From Squalus acanthias (Eukaryota): a stretch of DNA of 64,000 nucleotides. Location: contig CM059432.1 in assembly GCA_030390025.1 (NCBI GenBank), positions 8,618,001 to 8,682,000 of the forward strand, read 5' to 3'. Below, piece by piece: positions 10,943 through 24,417 of the stretch. The notes under the pieces are model-generated. The model worked only from the letters and a program-made list of their open reading frames with translations, did no database searches and was not told where the DNA came from. Every line of letters begins with the position of its first letter. Positions within the stretch are counted from its first letter, which is position 1. Both the position numbers and the translations under genes were made by a program.

Positions 10943-13280
10943 TAAATATACTCTGAAGGCAAGTAGGTTTGGAGGTGCGGAAGAGCAGAGGGATTTAGGG
11001 GTACAGGTTCACAGGACATTAAGGACAGCTCCACAGGTTGATAAGGCTGTAAAAAAAAAGCGAATGGAATTCTAAGGTTTATCACAAGAGGTAGTGAATA
11101 TAAACGGCAAGAGGAAATAATGAACCAATGTAACAACTTAATAAGACCTCAGTTATAGGACTACTATAGAAGGATATTTACGGACTGCAGCAGTTCAAGA
11201 GGCAGCTCACCACTACCTTGTCAAGGGCAATTAGGGATGGGTGCCAAATGCTGGCATTGCCAGCAATGCCCACCTCTAGTGAGTGAGTTAAGAAAAAGGG
11301 TTTACAGATGGTGCACCTCCAGGATCGTCCTCTTTCTGGATGGCCCCCGAGGCTCAGCGTCAATGCAAATTCACTACAATATGAGGAAATATAAATACAA
11401 AGAAAGACTTAAGAAATTGGATCTTTTTCATTGTAAGGACACAGATTGAGGGGCGATATGATAGAAATGTTTGAAATTATGAAAGGATGGGACAGAGTAG
11501 CTAGAAACATACTGGGGGAAAAATTTGGTACCTTAGCGCCTCCCGTTAGTGCCAGCAGATGGCGGTAACGGGGCGCTGATGCAATAGCGCCGGGGCGAGG
11601 TGAATTCAATGACGCACGACAAATCTGGCCCATCCCCCCCCCCCCCCGTTGCGCTGTCGGTACGAGGTACTGCCGGGGACATCAGCGCCAGGCAGATCGT
11701 GACGTCAGTTAGCATGCAACGCTCACTGGCCACCCGATCTGGAAAATTCATTGTCGCCACTTACCTTAGCGCCTCGACCAGACAGCGACAGGGAGAGCTG
11801 GCGTGCAGCTCCAGGAAGCTGACTCCAGCGATGTTATTTAAAGGCATCAGCATAAATCACTCCCAGCTGTCAGGGCAGGTTAGTTTCAATGGTTTATTGT
11901 TAGTTTCATCTAGTAGAACAGTTCCTATGAGTAATTTCAAGCTTTCTTTTTATCAGCAGTCTTCTAGCAACTACAAAGTAGCTACATTTATTGTTCAAAG
12001 ATTCAAACTGCTGTACTGGCGCCACCTCGCCCTCCAGGATCTACGGCGGAGGGAGCGTAGGCAGCGAGAAATACGGGAACATGTGCACAGAGGGATGCGA
12101 GCAGTGTATTAGACGGCTCCGTATCACCAAAGTGGTGATCACAGAACTCTGTCACTTCCTCCAAACAGACCTCCAGCCTTACACCAGCATGACTTAAACC
12201 CCAGATCACTTTTGCTCACCGCTTGCCCATCATACCATCCCTGTCTCATGCCATATCACAGCGCCCTCCTGGGTGCAAAGGTGAAATGAGAGAGACCACA
12301 AAATATTGAAAACTCTATTAATAAATTTATGCATAAACATATCACACATATCACATTCATTCTAATAACGAATGACCCTTGTGCCTGCCATAGTTGAATA
12401 GCTGTCATTATGTGCAAGGCATGAGATGTAGGTGTGAGTGTTGGTAGGTAGAGATTGTTGGTGTGTGAGTGCTGGGAGTTTGGTGCTTTGGGGGGGGGGG
12501 GAGGTGGTGTGGTACTTTGGGCAGTGTGTGAAGGTTGTGGTACAGATGGTGGTATGTAGCATTTGTTGAAGCATTCAATCACCCTGACCACCCGACTGAG
12601 GTGGATCTGCCATGAGCACACCAGCTTCAGTCCTCCGGCTCCTTCTCCTTGTTGTGCTTCTCCTTGCTGAGGCAGCTGCACAACCAGCAATGCTGAGAAT
12701 GAGGTGTTGCAGCATCAATGACCCTCCCCTTTAAGCACTGGGAAAAGCCTGTGGCAATGATGAGTTGAGATTAGACTGCACCCGATATTGGTCCACCCTT
12801 TGAGTTAAGCCTTTAAGACTTGAATTAGTGCTCCAATCATTTCTTTGAGCAGTGAGACTGAATTTTACGTACAGTCTAAAGCATTAGCACCTGATGCTAA
12901 TTCTCAAACTTTTCTAAAGATACCGGCCATTCCTGGGCTATAATGAATTTCTAGCCCACTGTTTCCAGTAGTTGAGGGGTCAAGAATGGAGGGGGGGTCA
13001 TAGATACAAGATTAAATGTAAGAGATTTAGAGCAGAGGGCAGGAGAAACATCCTCACACAGAGAGTTGTGAGGCTGTGGAATTGACTTTCAGGGTTCGTG
13101 TTTGAAGAAGAATCTATGCCGGTATGCAGGATTAGATCGGATAAGTAGATGAAGGAAATGAGGTTAAGGGAATATGGGAACAAGGTTGGTAAATCTGAGT
13201 GCAACTATTTGCTTGTGTGGAGGGTAAATGCCGACACAGATTACTGGGGACAAATGGCTTGTTTCCATGTTGCAACTATT
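10890..13280 (+). mobile_element. Old CR1 3' fragment, split by insertions
   Basis: FNASKCEVMHF...RDLGVQVH at 10890-11075; resumes at about 11362-11513 and 12961-13280. Confidence 0.75.
11514..12957 (+). mobile_element. Internally deleted Harbinger element
   Basis: TIR-like GGGGGAAAATTT / GAATTTCTAGCCC, TSD ACT (11511-13, 12958-60); flanking CR1 rejoins; transposase N-terminal remnant CIRRLRITKVVITELCHFLQTDLQP. Confidence 0.8.
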
Positions 13281-14301
13281 TCTCTGTGTTTTCTCTTTGT
13301 ATTCAGAGCCAGTTACATCATTTCCTGACTTGGAATCTTTCAATGGGTCCGGCCACAAACTGCATTTTTAGAATTGAGAACAGGACAGAGAGCGAGAAAG
13401 AAAGAGTAAGTCCATTTTTAGTGTACCATTGAGGAGGAGGTTACTCCAGGATGATCTGGCCATCAGAAAAGTGACAGATCAAACTCAAGCACGACTTTTT
13501 AAGCACTGAGAAAGGACGGAGAGCTGCATCGAATTTACAGCACAGAAACAGGCCATTCAGCCCAACTGGTCTGTGCCGGCGTTTACGCTTCGCACACTCC
13601 CAGAACGAGATAAGTTGTCAGTGGGCCAGTCGGGATACTTCACCAAGAAAAGGTTACCTGGTGAGTAGCTGAAAAAAGGTCAACAATGAAGCTTTGAAAG
13701 TTCTTCTGAAACAAACTCAAGCAAGAGGGTGTGCAAAGACTTCCCGAGAGCCAGTTGAGTTTGGGATTGATCAGCAATCGGTTGGTGGATTCAAGGCAGA
13801 GTTTAACAACCAGCGTTCATCGTAAAAAAATTCAAAACGTTACAAGGGACCGTGACTAAATTTATTGTCCCCCTTGATAACCTCCTGTTGACTTTTTATA
13901 TTTCACTTCAATGGTGAGTAGAGACGCCATCAATGAACTTGGAGAGGAGACTAAGCCCAGCATTGTTGGAGATCGGATTTAACATGTGCAGATGTGGCAC
14001 TGGGCTAGATGGCAGTGAGCTGAATCACCCTATGTCCGGCCTGTTTTGCAATTAGTTGCGCGTGAATCGTTGGTAAGAATGCAATTTGTTGGCTTCTCAC
14101 TTGGCTGTTTGAGCCAGGCGCTGTAAGATACAATGGAATCATACAAATTGAGCATTGGAACGGCCAGAATGTAACTATTTGACCTTTATCAACGAGCATG
14201 ACATCATTTCAGCTGACAAATGAATCAAGCAAAATGGAGTGCAAAACCAAACCCAACATGAAAGGCATTTATCAAAGGGAAAGAATTTGAGAAATTATAC
14301 T

Positions 14302-14809
14302 GGCCCGTAATTTCCGACAGGAGGCAATCCTGCGACGGATGCCTCCTATCGGGAAAAAATCTATGCCCTTACCTGAGGGCTCCCGAGGTCCGGACATTTC
14401 CTCTCCTGTGCCTCTCCTGGTGCACGCACAGAGGCCCAGGTATCCCAGGGGCGCAGGCGGTTCGCAAGCGTCCCTGGGATCACATGGGCCAGGTGAGCCA
14501 ATGGGAGAAGGGAATCCCCCTTCATACTTTTGACAGGTAGACCCTTCAAAAGTATGAATGGGGATCACTGAAAAAAGACACTAGAACATTAAATACATTT
14601 TTTTTTAAATCACGTTTTTAAAATGAGTTAAAATTACATTCAATTAAATATTTTAAACAAATTTTTTTTTTTAAAAAGAGGATTCTTGACAGATCGGAAG
14701 TGCCGGTTTTCAGCGCATGCGCTTCGCACGCCTGAAACCGGCACTTGCGAGGCCCCTACGGGTGTGTACACAGCTCGTACACACCCGTAGGGGTCGGAAA
14801 ATACGGGCC
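14302..14809. mobile_element. Harbinger-type MITE, 508 bp
   Basis: 17-bp TIR GGCCCGTA(A/T)TTTCCGAC with one mismatch; TSD ACT. Confidence 0.9.
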
Positions 14810-15117
14810 ACTAATTCAGCAGCGGCGCAGCCAATGGTGGGCCGGGAAAACCAATCACATGTGGCTATTAAGTGTGGTCGTCCATGATAATGCAGAGTTG
14901 GGCAATCCTTTGACCCTTCTGAGCGTGTTGAGAGGTAAGGGTTTGGAAAGTATTGCCTTCAGACACTCGCAGGGTCGTGGACGGCGCAACTGTCAAAACT
15001 AAAGGTCTCGGTAACAGAGAAGCAGAAATAAATCATCGGAGGGATCTGCAGAGGAGAAGCTCCAAAGCTCTGATGATCCTCCCAGGCTGAGAATCCTGTG
15101 CGTGCCGTAATGATCAA

Positions 15118-16100
15118 GGGCCCAACCTCGCAATGAGCGTTCCGTCCAAGTGAATGCAGCGGCGAAACTGGCCAAAAGGCAGGAGATTTCCAGTCGGCAT
15201 TATCTTGGATGAGGGGGCGGAGCTATGATCAACTTTTCCCGGTTTCAGAGCAGCGCGACAGGGGCGAAGCCACTCACTAACGCTGTCATTTCCTTGGACT
15301 TTTGCACTGGAAGAAAGACCCATTGACGTAGATACGACATTCCAGTGGCGCAGGTTTTTGGGAAATTCTCGACCACGATGTGTAGTTTTGGTCATTGTGG
15401 AAAAGATGTAGGGGACATACAAAAGACAGGTAGATTGACCGGAGCTGAATTTGGTCTCGGCGAGATCAAAACTACAGCGCCCTGTTCCCGTTGACCATCA
15501 ATTTACTGATGATTGGGAGTAGGCTGATAGGGCGGAAGTTGGCCAAGTTGGATTTGTCCTGCTTGTTGGGGAAAGGTCAGACCTGCGCAATTTTTCCACA
15601 CTGTTGGGTAGATGCCAGTGTAATCGATGATATTGGCGCAACCGAGATTTCCGGAGTTTGCTAGCGATTCCCTTCACAATTTCTTTTTGAGTTTTCCTTA
15701 CTGAGACCGCCACAATTCTTAAGCAGAACGCTGTCATTCTCAGTGTGCCCTGAGATTTTTCAGACCACTGCCCACCCCACGTGTTCGGGAGGTCTAAGCA
15801 GCTGGAAATGGCTTTCCCAATGGGCACCCCCTCGTCCTGCGCAATAATGGAAGAGGAAGAGGAGCAGCAGAGACAAGAGGGACTGAGAGTGAGGAGCCAT
15901 GTTAGAACCGGCAGCCCTTCACTATTACCCCTATTGGTGGCGCTGCATATGCCCTTGTTTTACGCCAGTTTTTATCTTTTAGCGTAGGAAATGAGTTCCG
16001 CGGGAAATTTCGGCGTAAGTTCCCCTCGGCAAGATTGGCGCAGAAAGTGACGTAAATTAGGCGTAATTTCAGCATAATGTGATCTAGGAAACTCGGGGCC
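15118..16100. mobile_element. Probable decayed Harbinger-derived non-autonomous element
   Basis: CpG-rich block ending GGAAACTCGGGGCC like other MITE ends; TSD not resolved. Confidence 0.4.
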
Positions 16101-16333
16101 ACGAGACACACGAAAGCTCGAGCTATATTCACTTAAGCAGAGAAAGTTAAGAAAGGAAATGCTCAAAATTGATTTCAAGAATGTATAAATTAGGGGCTAT
16201 TAGAAGCAAAAAGGGGAATATTAATTTTTTTCACACAGAGGGGAATTAGTATATGAATGCATTACCACACTAATTATTGAAGTGGTTAATCATTTTAAAT
16301 TTTTTGCTTATTCATTCACGGAATGTGGGCGTC

Positions 16334-16812
16334 AAAAGAAAAGAAAGACTTGCATTTATATAGCACCTTCCACCACCACTGGACGTCCCAAAGCACTTTA
16401 CAGCCAATGAAGTACTCTTTGAAGTGTAGTCACTGTTGTAATGTAGGAAACACAGCAGCCAATTTGCACACAGCAAGCTCCCACAAACAGCAATGTGATA
16501 ATGACCAGATAATCTGTTATTGTTGTGACGTTGATTGAGGGATAAATATTGGCCAGGACACCAGGGATAACTCCCCTACTCTTCTTCAAAATAGCACCAT
16601 GGGATCTTTTCCATCCACCTGAGAGAGCAGACGGGGCCCTCGGTTTAACATTACATCCAAAAGACGTCACCTCCAACAGTGCAGCGCTCCCTCAGCACCG
16701 CACAGGAGTGTCAGCCTAGATTTTTTGGCCCAAGTTTCTGGAATGGGTGCTTGAACCCACAACCTTCATGACTCAGAGGCAAAAGTGCTACCCACTGAGC
16801 CACAGCTGACAC
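16334..16812 (-). mobile_element. Deu-domain tRNA-SINE (SacSINE1-like)
   Basis: A/B-box tRNA head, Deu-type core, AAAGAAAGACTTGCATTTATATAGC tail. Confidence 0.88.
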
Positions 16813-16978
16813 TAACACACAATGTTGCCAGCATTTATTGCTCATCCCTAATCATGAAAGTTAAGAACACAAAACATAAGAAGAAGAGAAATATTAAAGA
16901 GCGGGGGAATAGGATTAGAGTAAGTAATTCCAATGTGGATCTAGCAGTGGTACAAGAATGACGGGGTGAATGAAAAAT

Positions 16979-17388
16979 GGAAGACTTGCATTTATATAGC
17001 ACTTTTCAAAACCTCAGGACATCCCAAAGCAGTTTACAACCAATAAAGTACTTGTTGTAATGTAGGAAATGCGGCAGCCAATTTGCGCACAGAAAGGTCC
17101 CACAAACAGCAATGTATTAATGACCAGATAATCTGTTTCAGTGATGTTGATTGAGGGATAAATATTGGCCAGGACACTGGGGAGAACTCCCCTGCTCTTC
17201 TACGAAATAATGCCATGGTATCTTTTACGTCCACCTGAGATGGCAGACGGGGCCTCGGTTTAATGTCTCATCCGAAATATGGCACCTCCAACAGTGCAGC
17301 ACTCCCTCAGTACTGTATTGGAGAGTCAGCCTGGACTCTCTGGAGTGGGACTTGAACACACAAACTTCTGAATCAGAGGCGAGAGTGT
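16979..17388 (-). mobile_element. Deu-domain tRNA-SINE (SacSINE1-like)
   Basis: Same family as 16334-16812. Confidence 0.88.
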
Positions 17389-17591
17389 TATTTCTCTATG
17401 AATGGCCTACTTCTATGTGGATATTCCTATGATTCTTGTGGCCAAGAGAATAATATGGGCAATGTGCTGCAAGGCTTCTGACAGTGTCAAGCTTGACCCC
17501 AGTCAGAAGTTACAAAACAGTCTAGTGAAAACATTCAGAAGGTTTTTCCTGAAGTCTGCAGTGAGATCCTGGTCTCTGCGCAAGGCCTCAA

Positions 17592-17890
17592 TAGATCAGA
17601 GAAAATTTAGATCAGGGCAAATCTAGACCTGGTCAAATCTAGATCTGGTCAAATCTACATTCGGGCAAATCTAGATCAGGGCAAATCTAGATCAGGGCAA
17701 ATCTCGATCAGGTCAAAACTAGAACTGGTCAAATCTAGATCTGGTCAAAACTAGATCAGGTCAAAACTAGGTCTGGTCAAATCTAGATCTGGTCAAATCT
17801 AGATCAGGTCAAAACTAGATCTGGTCAAATCTAGAACTGGGCAAATCTAGATCAGAGCAAATCTAGATCCTGGCAAATCTAGATCTGGCA
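17592..17890. repeat. 16-bp minisatellite ATCTAGATC(A/T)GG(G/T)CAA, left part
   Basis: Visible tandem array; continues at 19106-19180 beyond a CR1 insertion. Confidence 0.95.
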
Positions 17891-19105
17891 AGGTGTGTGG
17901 ATGAGGGTAGTGCAGTTGATGTAGTCTACATGGACTTCAGTAAGGCTTTTGACAAAGTCCCACATGGGAGACTGGTCAAGAAGGTAAGAGCCCATGGGAT
18001 CCAGGGCAATTTGGCACATTGGATCCAAAATTGGCTTAGTGGCAGGAGGCAGAGGGTGATGGTCGAAGGTTGTTTTTGTGACTGGAAGCCTGTGTCCAGT
18101 GGTGTACCACAGGGATCGGTGCTGGGTCCCTTGCTGTTTGTAGTGTACATTAATGATTTAGATATGAATGTAGGAGGTATGATCAGTAAGTTTGCAGATG
18201 ACACGAAAATTGGTGGAGAGGTAAATAGTGAGGAGGGAAGCCTCAGGCTACAGGACGATATAGACGGGTTGGTCTGATGGGCAGAACAGTGGCAAATGGA
18301 ATTTAACCTTGAAAAGTGTGAGGTGATGCATTTTGGGAGGACTAACAAGGCAAGGGAATACACAATGAATGGTAGGACCCTAGGAAGGACAGAGGATCAG
18401 AGGGACCTTGGTGTGCATGTACATAGATCCCTGAAGGCGGCAGGACAGGTAGATAAGGTGGTTAAGAAGGCATATGGGATACTTGCCTTCATTAGCTGAG
18501 GCATAGAATATAAGAGCAGGGAGGTTATGATGGAGCTGTACAAAACACTAGTTAGGCCACAGCTGGAATACTGTGTGCAGTTCTGGTCGCCACACTATAG
18601 GAGGGATGTGATTGCATTAGAGAGGGTGCAGAGGAGATTCACCAGGATGTTACCTGGGCTGGAGCGGTTCAGCTATGAAGAGAGACTGGACAGGCTGGTG
18701 TTGTTTTCCTTAGAGCAGAGAAGGCTGAGGGGGGGACCTGATTGAGGTGTACAAAATTATGAGGGGCATAGATAGGGTAGATAGAAAGGAACTTTTCCCC
18801 TTAGTAGAGGGGTCAATAACCAGGGCGCATAGTTTCAAGGTAAGGGGCAGGCGGTTTAGAGGGGATTTGAGGAAAAACTTTTTCACCCAGAGGGTGGTTG
18901 GAATCTGGAACTCACTGCCTGAAAGGGTGGTAGAGGCAGGAACCCTCACAACATTCAAGAAGCATTTAGATGAGCACTTTAAACGCCATAGCATACAAGG
19001 CTACGGACCACGTGCTGGAAAATGGGATTAGAATAGACAGGGCTTGATGGCCGGCGCAGACACGATGAGCCGAAGGGCCTCTTTCTGTGCTGTATAACTC
19101 ATGAC
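17891..19105 (+). mobile_element. 5'-truncated CR1 LINE
   Basis: [51 protein letters not shown] motifs and CR1 3' UTR. Confidence 0.95.
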
Positions 19106-19180
19106 TCTAGATCAGGGCAAATCCAGATCAGGGCAAATCTAGATCAGGGCAAATCTAGACCTGGTCAAATCTAGATCTGG
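19106..19180. repeat. 16-bp minisatellite, right part
   Basis: Same unit as 17592-17890. Confidence 0.9.
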
Positions 19181-19749
19181 AACTCAGCTTGACACCTATT
19201 GCTCCTAAAAAGATTAACACTCCCTCACTGTTAAAATGAATCTTTGTCTTTCTGAAAATATTTCTTGGCACAGCTGTTAGTGCTGCTGTTGCTCTCATTA
19301 GTCACTTAGTTTCAGTGCTGCATTACAATCCTAGTTTACCAATCACCGGTGGCCTATATCACAACTAATTATTAAACGGTTCAAAGGAAACATGGTTGAG
19401 CAAAACCAAACCTCATAAATTGTTAGGTCAAGAAAACAAGCAAAGCCACCCTTTCCCTCTGCATTAGAATCACTTATAGTTCCTGTTATAAACTTCTCAG
19501 TCCTGCTCTCTAGAACTCTCTCCCAACATCCCTCTCTGGATTCATTTCTTGCTCAATCTTTAAAAACCTTCTCAAAACTAAGGGGGCTAAATTCGGTTGA
19601 TTTGCGTCTCCTATTGGCGCTAACGGGGCACAAATCAACTAGCGCCTGGGCGCGGCGCCGCTAATACATCCCGCAAAATTCTGCTGTAAAGTCTCTTAGG
19701 ATGTTTTCTACATTAAAGGCACCACAGGTATATAAAAGTAAATTGATGT

Positions 19750-21487
19750 TGTAGTGCGACTGGACTCAACTCCTAACGTGTTCCATATTACATTTTATAC
19801 CATGTTATGAGATGTTCACTTATGAAGGAATAGCCAGGATTCAGAAAAATACACGATACTAGGAACAGATTTCTGAAATTATTAATAAATGACATACTGG
19901 GTTTAAAAGTCTGAAAGCCTCAGCGACACAGGCTGCAAACAGAATACAGGCTTATGAGATAAGATCAGTTGTTAACACAAAGCTGTGAACACAGGCTTTG
20001 AAATGGGAATGGGTTATTGACCAAGAAACAAGCCCTATTGATAAAGCAAAGGTTTGCTTCCAGAGCGTCTGAACATTGGAATCAAAACAATGGAATGACC
20101 CAAGTAAAGTGTTATAATCTAACACGTCGAACAGGTGCACAGAACATTAAAAAAACCAAGTGCCTTTGAAAAAATGACATCAAGTAAGAAATACCTGTTG
20201 TAAAATAGTTTATGTTAAACTTAGAAACAGGAAACACGATTAAATATGCAACCAATTGAGCTAGTTAGAAAACAAGTAAACACTGAGAGAAGTGTTTTCA
20301 ATTTACATATTGTAAATATGATACCTACAGAAGGCTTTGAAGAAATGACATCAAGTAAAAGAAATGCCTGCTGAACAAATAGTTTTAATGTTAAGCTTGA
20401 AAGATGGAGTCCCAAGGTCTGATAAAAACCAATTGAAGTAAATTAGAAATGCATGAAGATACTAGAGAAGTGGTTTTAATTTACAAGTTGTAAAAAATAC
20501 ACAAATAAGATGACTTTGAAAATATTACTTCAATGGATACACCAAGCAATCACATTGTTCTTGTATTGAACTTAGAATATCACGGAGTCACAACGTCTGA
20601 AAATAACCAGTTAAAGTAGTATTAGAAATTCAATAGAAAGACTTCGATAAGAATTGCATCAACCAGAAACCATTGCTGTCATTGTGTTTATGATGGTTTT
20701 GGAAACACCTAAACAGGACACAAGTCTAAAAGCATTCAACAGAGATATCAATAAAGAATAGAACAAAGTCAGCTAAGAATGACTTGATACAATTAGCTTA
20801 CACAAGCACGAAAACTTCAAAGAATAAGCCACCCAAAAAGAGTATAAAAATAAAGCTTTTCAGACAGAAAAGTCAGAAGTTGCTGGGAAGACAAGCGTTT
20901 CTCAACTTTACAGACATTCTCTGTAAGTTTACAACTTTTGAGTCTCGGGTAATCAAGGTATTTGATTTTGGTGGATATTCTGGATTAAGAAATAAGTAGA
21001 AGTGTGGAAATGTAACGAAGTTAAGATTGGAGAATAAGGATCTCTGATAAGATAATGTAAGCTATTTGTATTTTGAACAATTAAAGTTGTGATTGCCATA
21101 ATAAATGTTATCTAAATGTCGGTTCGTTAATAAATCTATATATTTTTAGAATAGTCTCAAAGAGTATTTCTGTATCATCTTGCGAACTCAAATTCTGTAT
21201 ACTCAAAGGAGTTGCAGAATTCTGGGGGGTATTCCGGACCCTTATAATATCCGGAAGGTTACAGTCTAGTTAAACTTATTAAAAGTACTATCTGGAGGAC
21301 GGTAACATCTTCAGACCGTTTCTTTCCTTTAGGGAGAGGTAGTCTGACCTTTAGACCCAATTCAGCGTCTTATGGGATCCGGCTACCGCTAACTTTAGTT
21401 GAAGGTAAACATCTGGGGAATACACCTGATCTGGGGTAGTCCGAAAGGGCTAGGACTTGTAATTATCCCTTCACACTGTAGCTTACA
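19750..21487 (+). mobile_element. Probable long solo LTR (about 1.7 kb)
   Basis: TGTAG...TTACA ends, degenerate 170-180 bp tandem repeats, TATAAAA at 20843, AATAAA at 21100 and 21129, hairpin-rich 3' part; no TSD found. Confidence 0.45.
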
Positions 21488-22109
21488 GCTTATAGCCTAT
21501 TGTCCAGCAATGCCTCGATATTAAGATTTTCATCCTTGCTTTCAAATCCCTCCGTGGCCTCACCCCTCCCTAATCTCTGTAATCTCCTCCAGTCCAACAA
21601 CCCTCCGCGATCTCTGCGCTCCTCCAATTCTGGCTTCTTGCGCCTCTCCGATTTTAATCGCTCCACCACTGGCGGCTGCCGAGGCCCTAAGCTCTGGAAT
21701 TCCCTCCCTAAACCTCTCCGCCTCTCTACCCCTCTCTCTCCTCCTTTAAGATGTTCCTTAAAACCTCTTTGACCAAGATTTTGGTCATCTGTCCTAATAT
21801 CTTCTTATGTGGCTCGGTGTCAAATTTTATTTGATAACACTCCTGTGAAGCACCTTGGGCCGTTTTACTACGTTAAGGGAGATGTATAAAAGCAAGTTGT
21901 TTTTGTTGTGAGGTGCAAAATGTTTGATGCCAAAGTATACCCATTAGTCCACTATTTGACTACTCCAGCAGTACCTTATTGTGATAAAGATGAATGGTCT
22001 TTTTCACAATAACTTTCCCAAAACACATTTGTCACCATGTTATTCCTGTAACACAATAGAAATAAAATCGGCGCTAAACTCAATTTAGTTATCATTCCAA
22101 TCCCCTAGC

Positions 22110-22740
22110 TTTTATCTCAAGGGAACTGGAATATAAAGGGGTGGATGTTACGTTGCAGTTACACAGAGCTCTGATTAGACCCCATTTAGTGTATTGCATT
22201 CCGTTCTAGGCACCGCACCCCAGGAAGGGTATATTGGCCTTGGAGCGAGTGCAGCGAAGATTCACCAGAAAGATACCGGGGGTAAAATGGTTAAATTATG
22301 AGGACAGGTTGCTTAGACTAAGCTTGTATTCCCTTGAGCATAGAGGATTAAGGGGTGATCTAATTGAGGTATTTAAGATGATTAATGGATTTGATAGGGT
22401 AGATAGAGAGAAACTATTTCCTCTGGTGGGGGGGGAGTCCAGAACAAGGGGGCATAATTATAAAATTAGAGCTCGGCCTTTCTTGGCTAATGTCAGGAAG
22501 CACTTCTTCACACAAAGGGCGGTGGAGATCTGGAACTCTCTCCCCCAAAAAGCTGCTGAGGCTGGGGGTCAATTGGAAATTTCAAAACTGAGATTGATAG
22601 GCTTTTGTTAGGCAAGAGTATTAAGGGTATCGGAACTAAGGCGGATAGATGGAGTTAAGATACAGATCAGCCACAATCTTTTTGAATAGCGGAACAAGCT
22701 CGAGGGGCTGAATGGCCTCCTCCTGTTTCTATATTCCTAA
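22110..22740 (+). mobile_element. CR1 3' fragment
   Basis: ALERVQRRFTR...LRGDLIEVFK...FFTQRAVEIWNSLP. Confidence 0.92.
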
Positions 22741-23384
22741 TTTCTAACTTCTGTGTTGTCTAAGTAAACTGCAGACGCACCAACTTGCATGGCCTACAAC
22801 AAACTGTTATTAACAACATCTGATCATTGTTGTCATTCATTAAAGCGATCAAATCCAGTTCTTGCATCCTGTCTCTGAATGAATCAAACAGGGATCCGTT
22901 CTGAAAGTCAAATCTGACCTAGGTCCCTCACTCCCTGTGGGCAGTCTGTTGATGCGAATACCACCCATTCTTCCACTGTGTTTTTCCAATTGATAAGCCT
23001 CCAATGGCACTCAGATCACAGTAACTATTAACGACTGACGTGCTCGTACGCTAAAGGAGTTGCTCTTGCCTCAGACCAGTAGCCGCATGTCAATCCCCAG
23101 CCAGGGTAGCATCCCGTTAAACTGCCTGACTGAATGCCCATTCTTCTGCCCAGGAGGGAACCTCTATTCCAGCAGTTACAATGTAAGGGTTTCGAGAGTC
23201 TGCGCAAAATGTCTGCATGTTTGAAACAGTTATAAAGAATTCATATGGTCCAAGGGGCACCCCTGGACACTATTTGAACCCGTTTGCAAACCAAAGCAAT
23301 GTGAGACTATCCTTTCCACGGAATCTCAAACCACTTTGCTCTGGACTAAGGTCCTTGGACTTACATTACTTTGCATCGAGTTAC

Positions 23385-23690
23385 ATCGAGTCCACAGCAC
23401 AGAAACAGGCCATTTGGCCCAACTGGTCCATGCTGGCGTTTGTGCTCCACATGAGCCTCCTCCCACCATTCTTCATCTCACCCTATCAGCCTAACCATCT
23501 GTTCCTTCCTCCCTCATGTGTTTGTCCAGCTTCCCTTTAAATGCATCTATACTTTTCGCTTCAACCACTCCCTGTGGTAGCGAGTTCCACATTCTCACCA
23601 CTCTCTGGGTAAAGAAGTTTCTCCTGAATTCCCTATTGGATTTATCAGTGACTATCTTATATTTATGACCCCTAGTTTTGGACAAGTGGA
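23385..23690 (-). mobile_element. CR1 3' fragment
   Basis: TRGHKYKI...FFTQRVVRMWNSLPQ and 3' UTR. Confidence 0.9.
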
Positions 23691-23696
23691 AATACT

Positions 23697-24417
23697 GGGG
23701 GGGGAATTTTAACCCCAAAAAACGGGTGGGTTGGGGTTGGGCGGGAGGTTAAAGAGTTACAAATCTGAATCCCACCCCCAACCCGCCTCCAACCTGCCCA
23801 CTTCTGGCGTGTTGGCACTTTAAATATTATAATGAGGCTCCGTGCCTCATGGTGATCCACCATTTTAAATTTAGCTGTGGGCGGTCGGGTTTCCCGGGCC
23901 TCGGGAAACCTGCCAGCTAAAGGGAGGCGAGGACTGCTGGATCCAGGAGGTAAGTGCCTTTCCACTAAATCCAGCGTCCCTGCCTCAAAATCCCCCCCCC
24001 GAGGTGGACACCCACCCTAACCCTTCCGATCCCCCCCCCCACGAAGTTCCACTCCCCCCCACCCCCCCCCAGGCCTCCGACTCCCCCCCCACCCCCCCGT
24101 CCGGCCTTCGATCCTTGGCCCCCGACCCCTGCTCCAACTCTCCGGCCCTGATCACCATCCGAACTCCCCCTCTGGCCCCCGATCCCTCCCTCCCTCCTCT
24201 CTGCGGCCTGGTGCCGCAGGCCTACCCATCCAACAGCCAGCCGGCCTCTCCATCTGGCTGGCTGTGAGCAAGAAGCAGAGATTGAAAATGCTAATCAGGC
24301 CCTGTCGTTAAATTCAGCAGGGCCTGTGGGAAACCCGTTCTCTCGGGTTTTCCGACTGCTTTCCAGCACCCCTCCCACTCCCCGCTCCCTACCCACCTCC
24401 AAATTAAAATTCCGGCC
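23697..24417. mobile_element. Harbinger-type MITE (C-rich family)
   Basis: GGGGGGGAATTTTAA / TTAAAATTCCGGCC ends, near-TSD ACT/ATT; relatives at about 43358-43778 and 45137-46080. Confidence 0.75.

Noticed and set aside
21420..21456. Hammerhead at CTGATCTGGGGTAGTCCGAAAGGGCTA
   Set aside because: CTGANGA core not matched; GAAA is the loop of a simple hairpin
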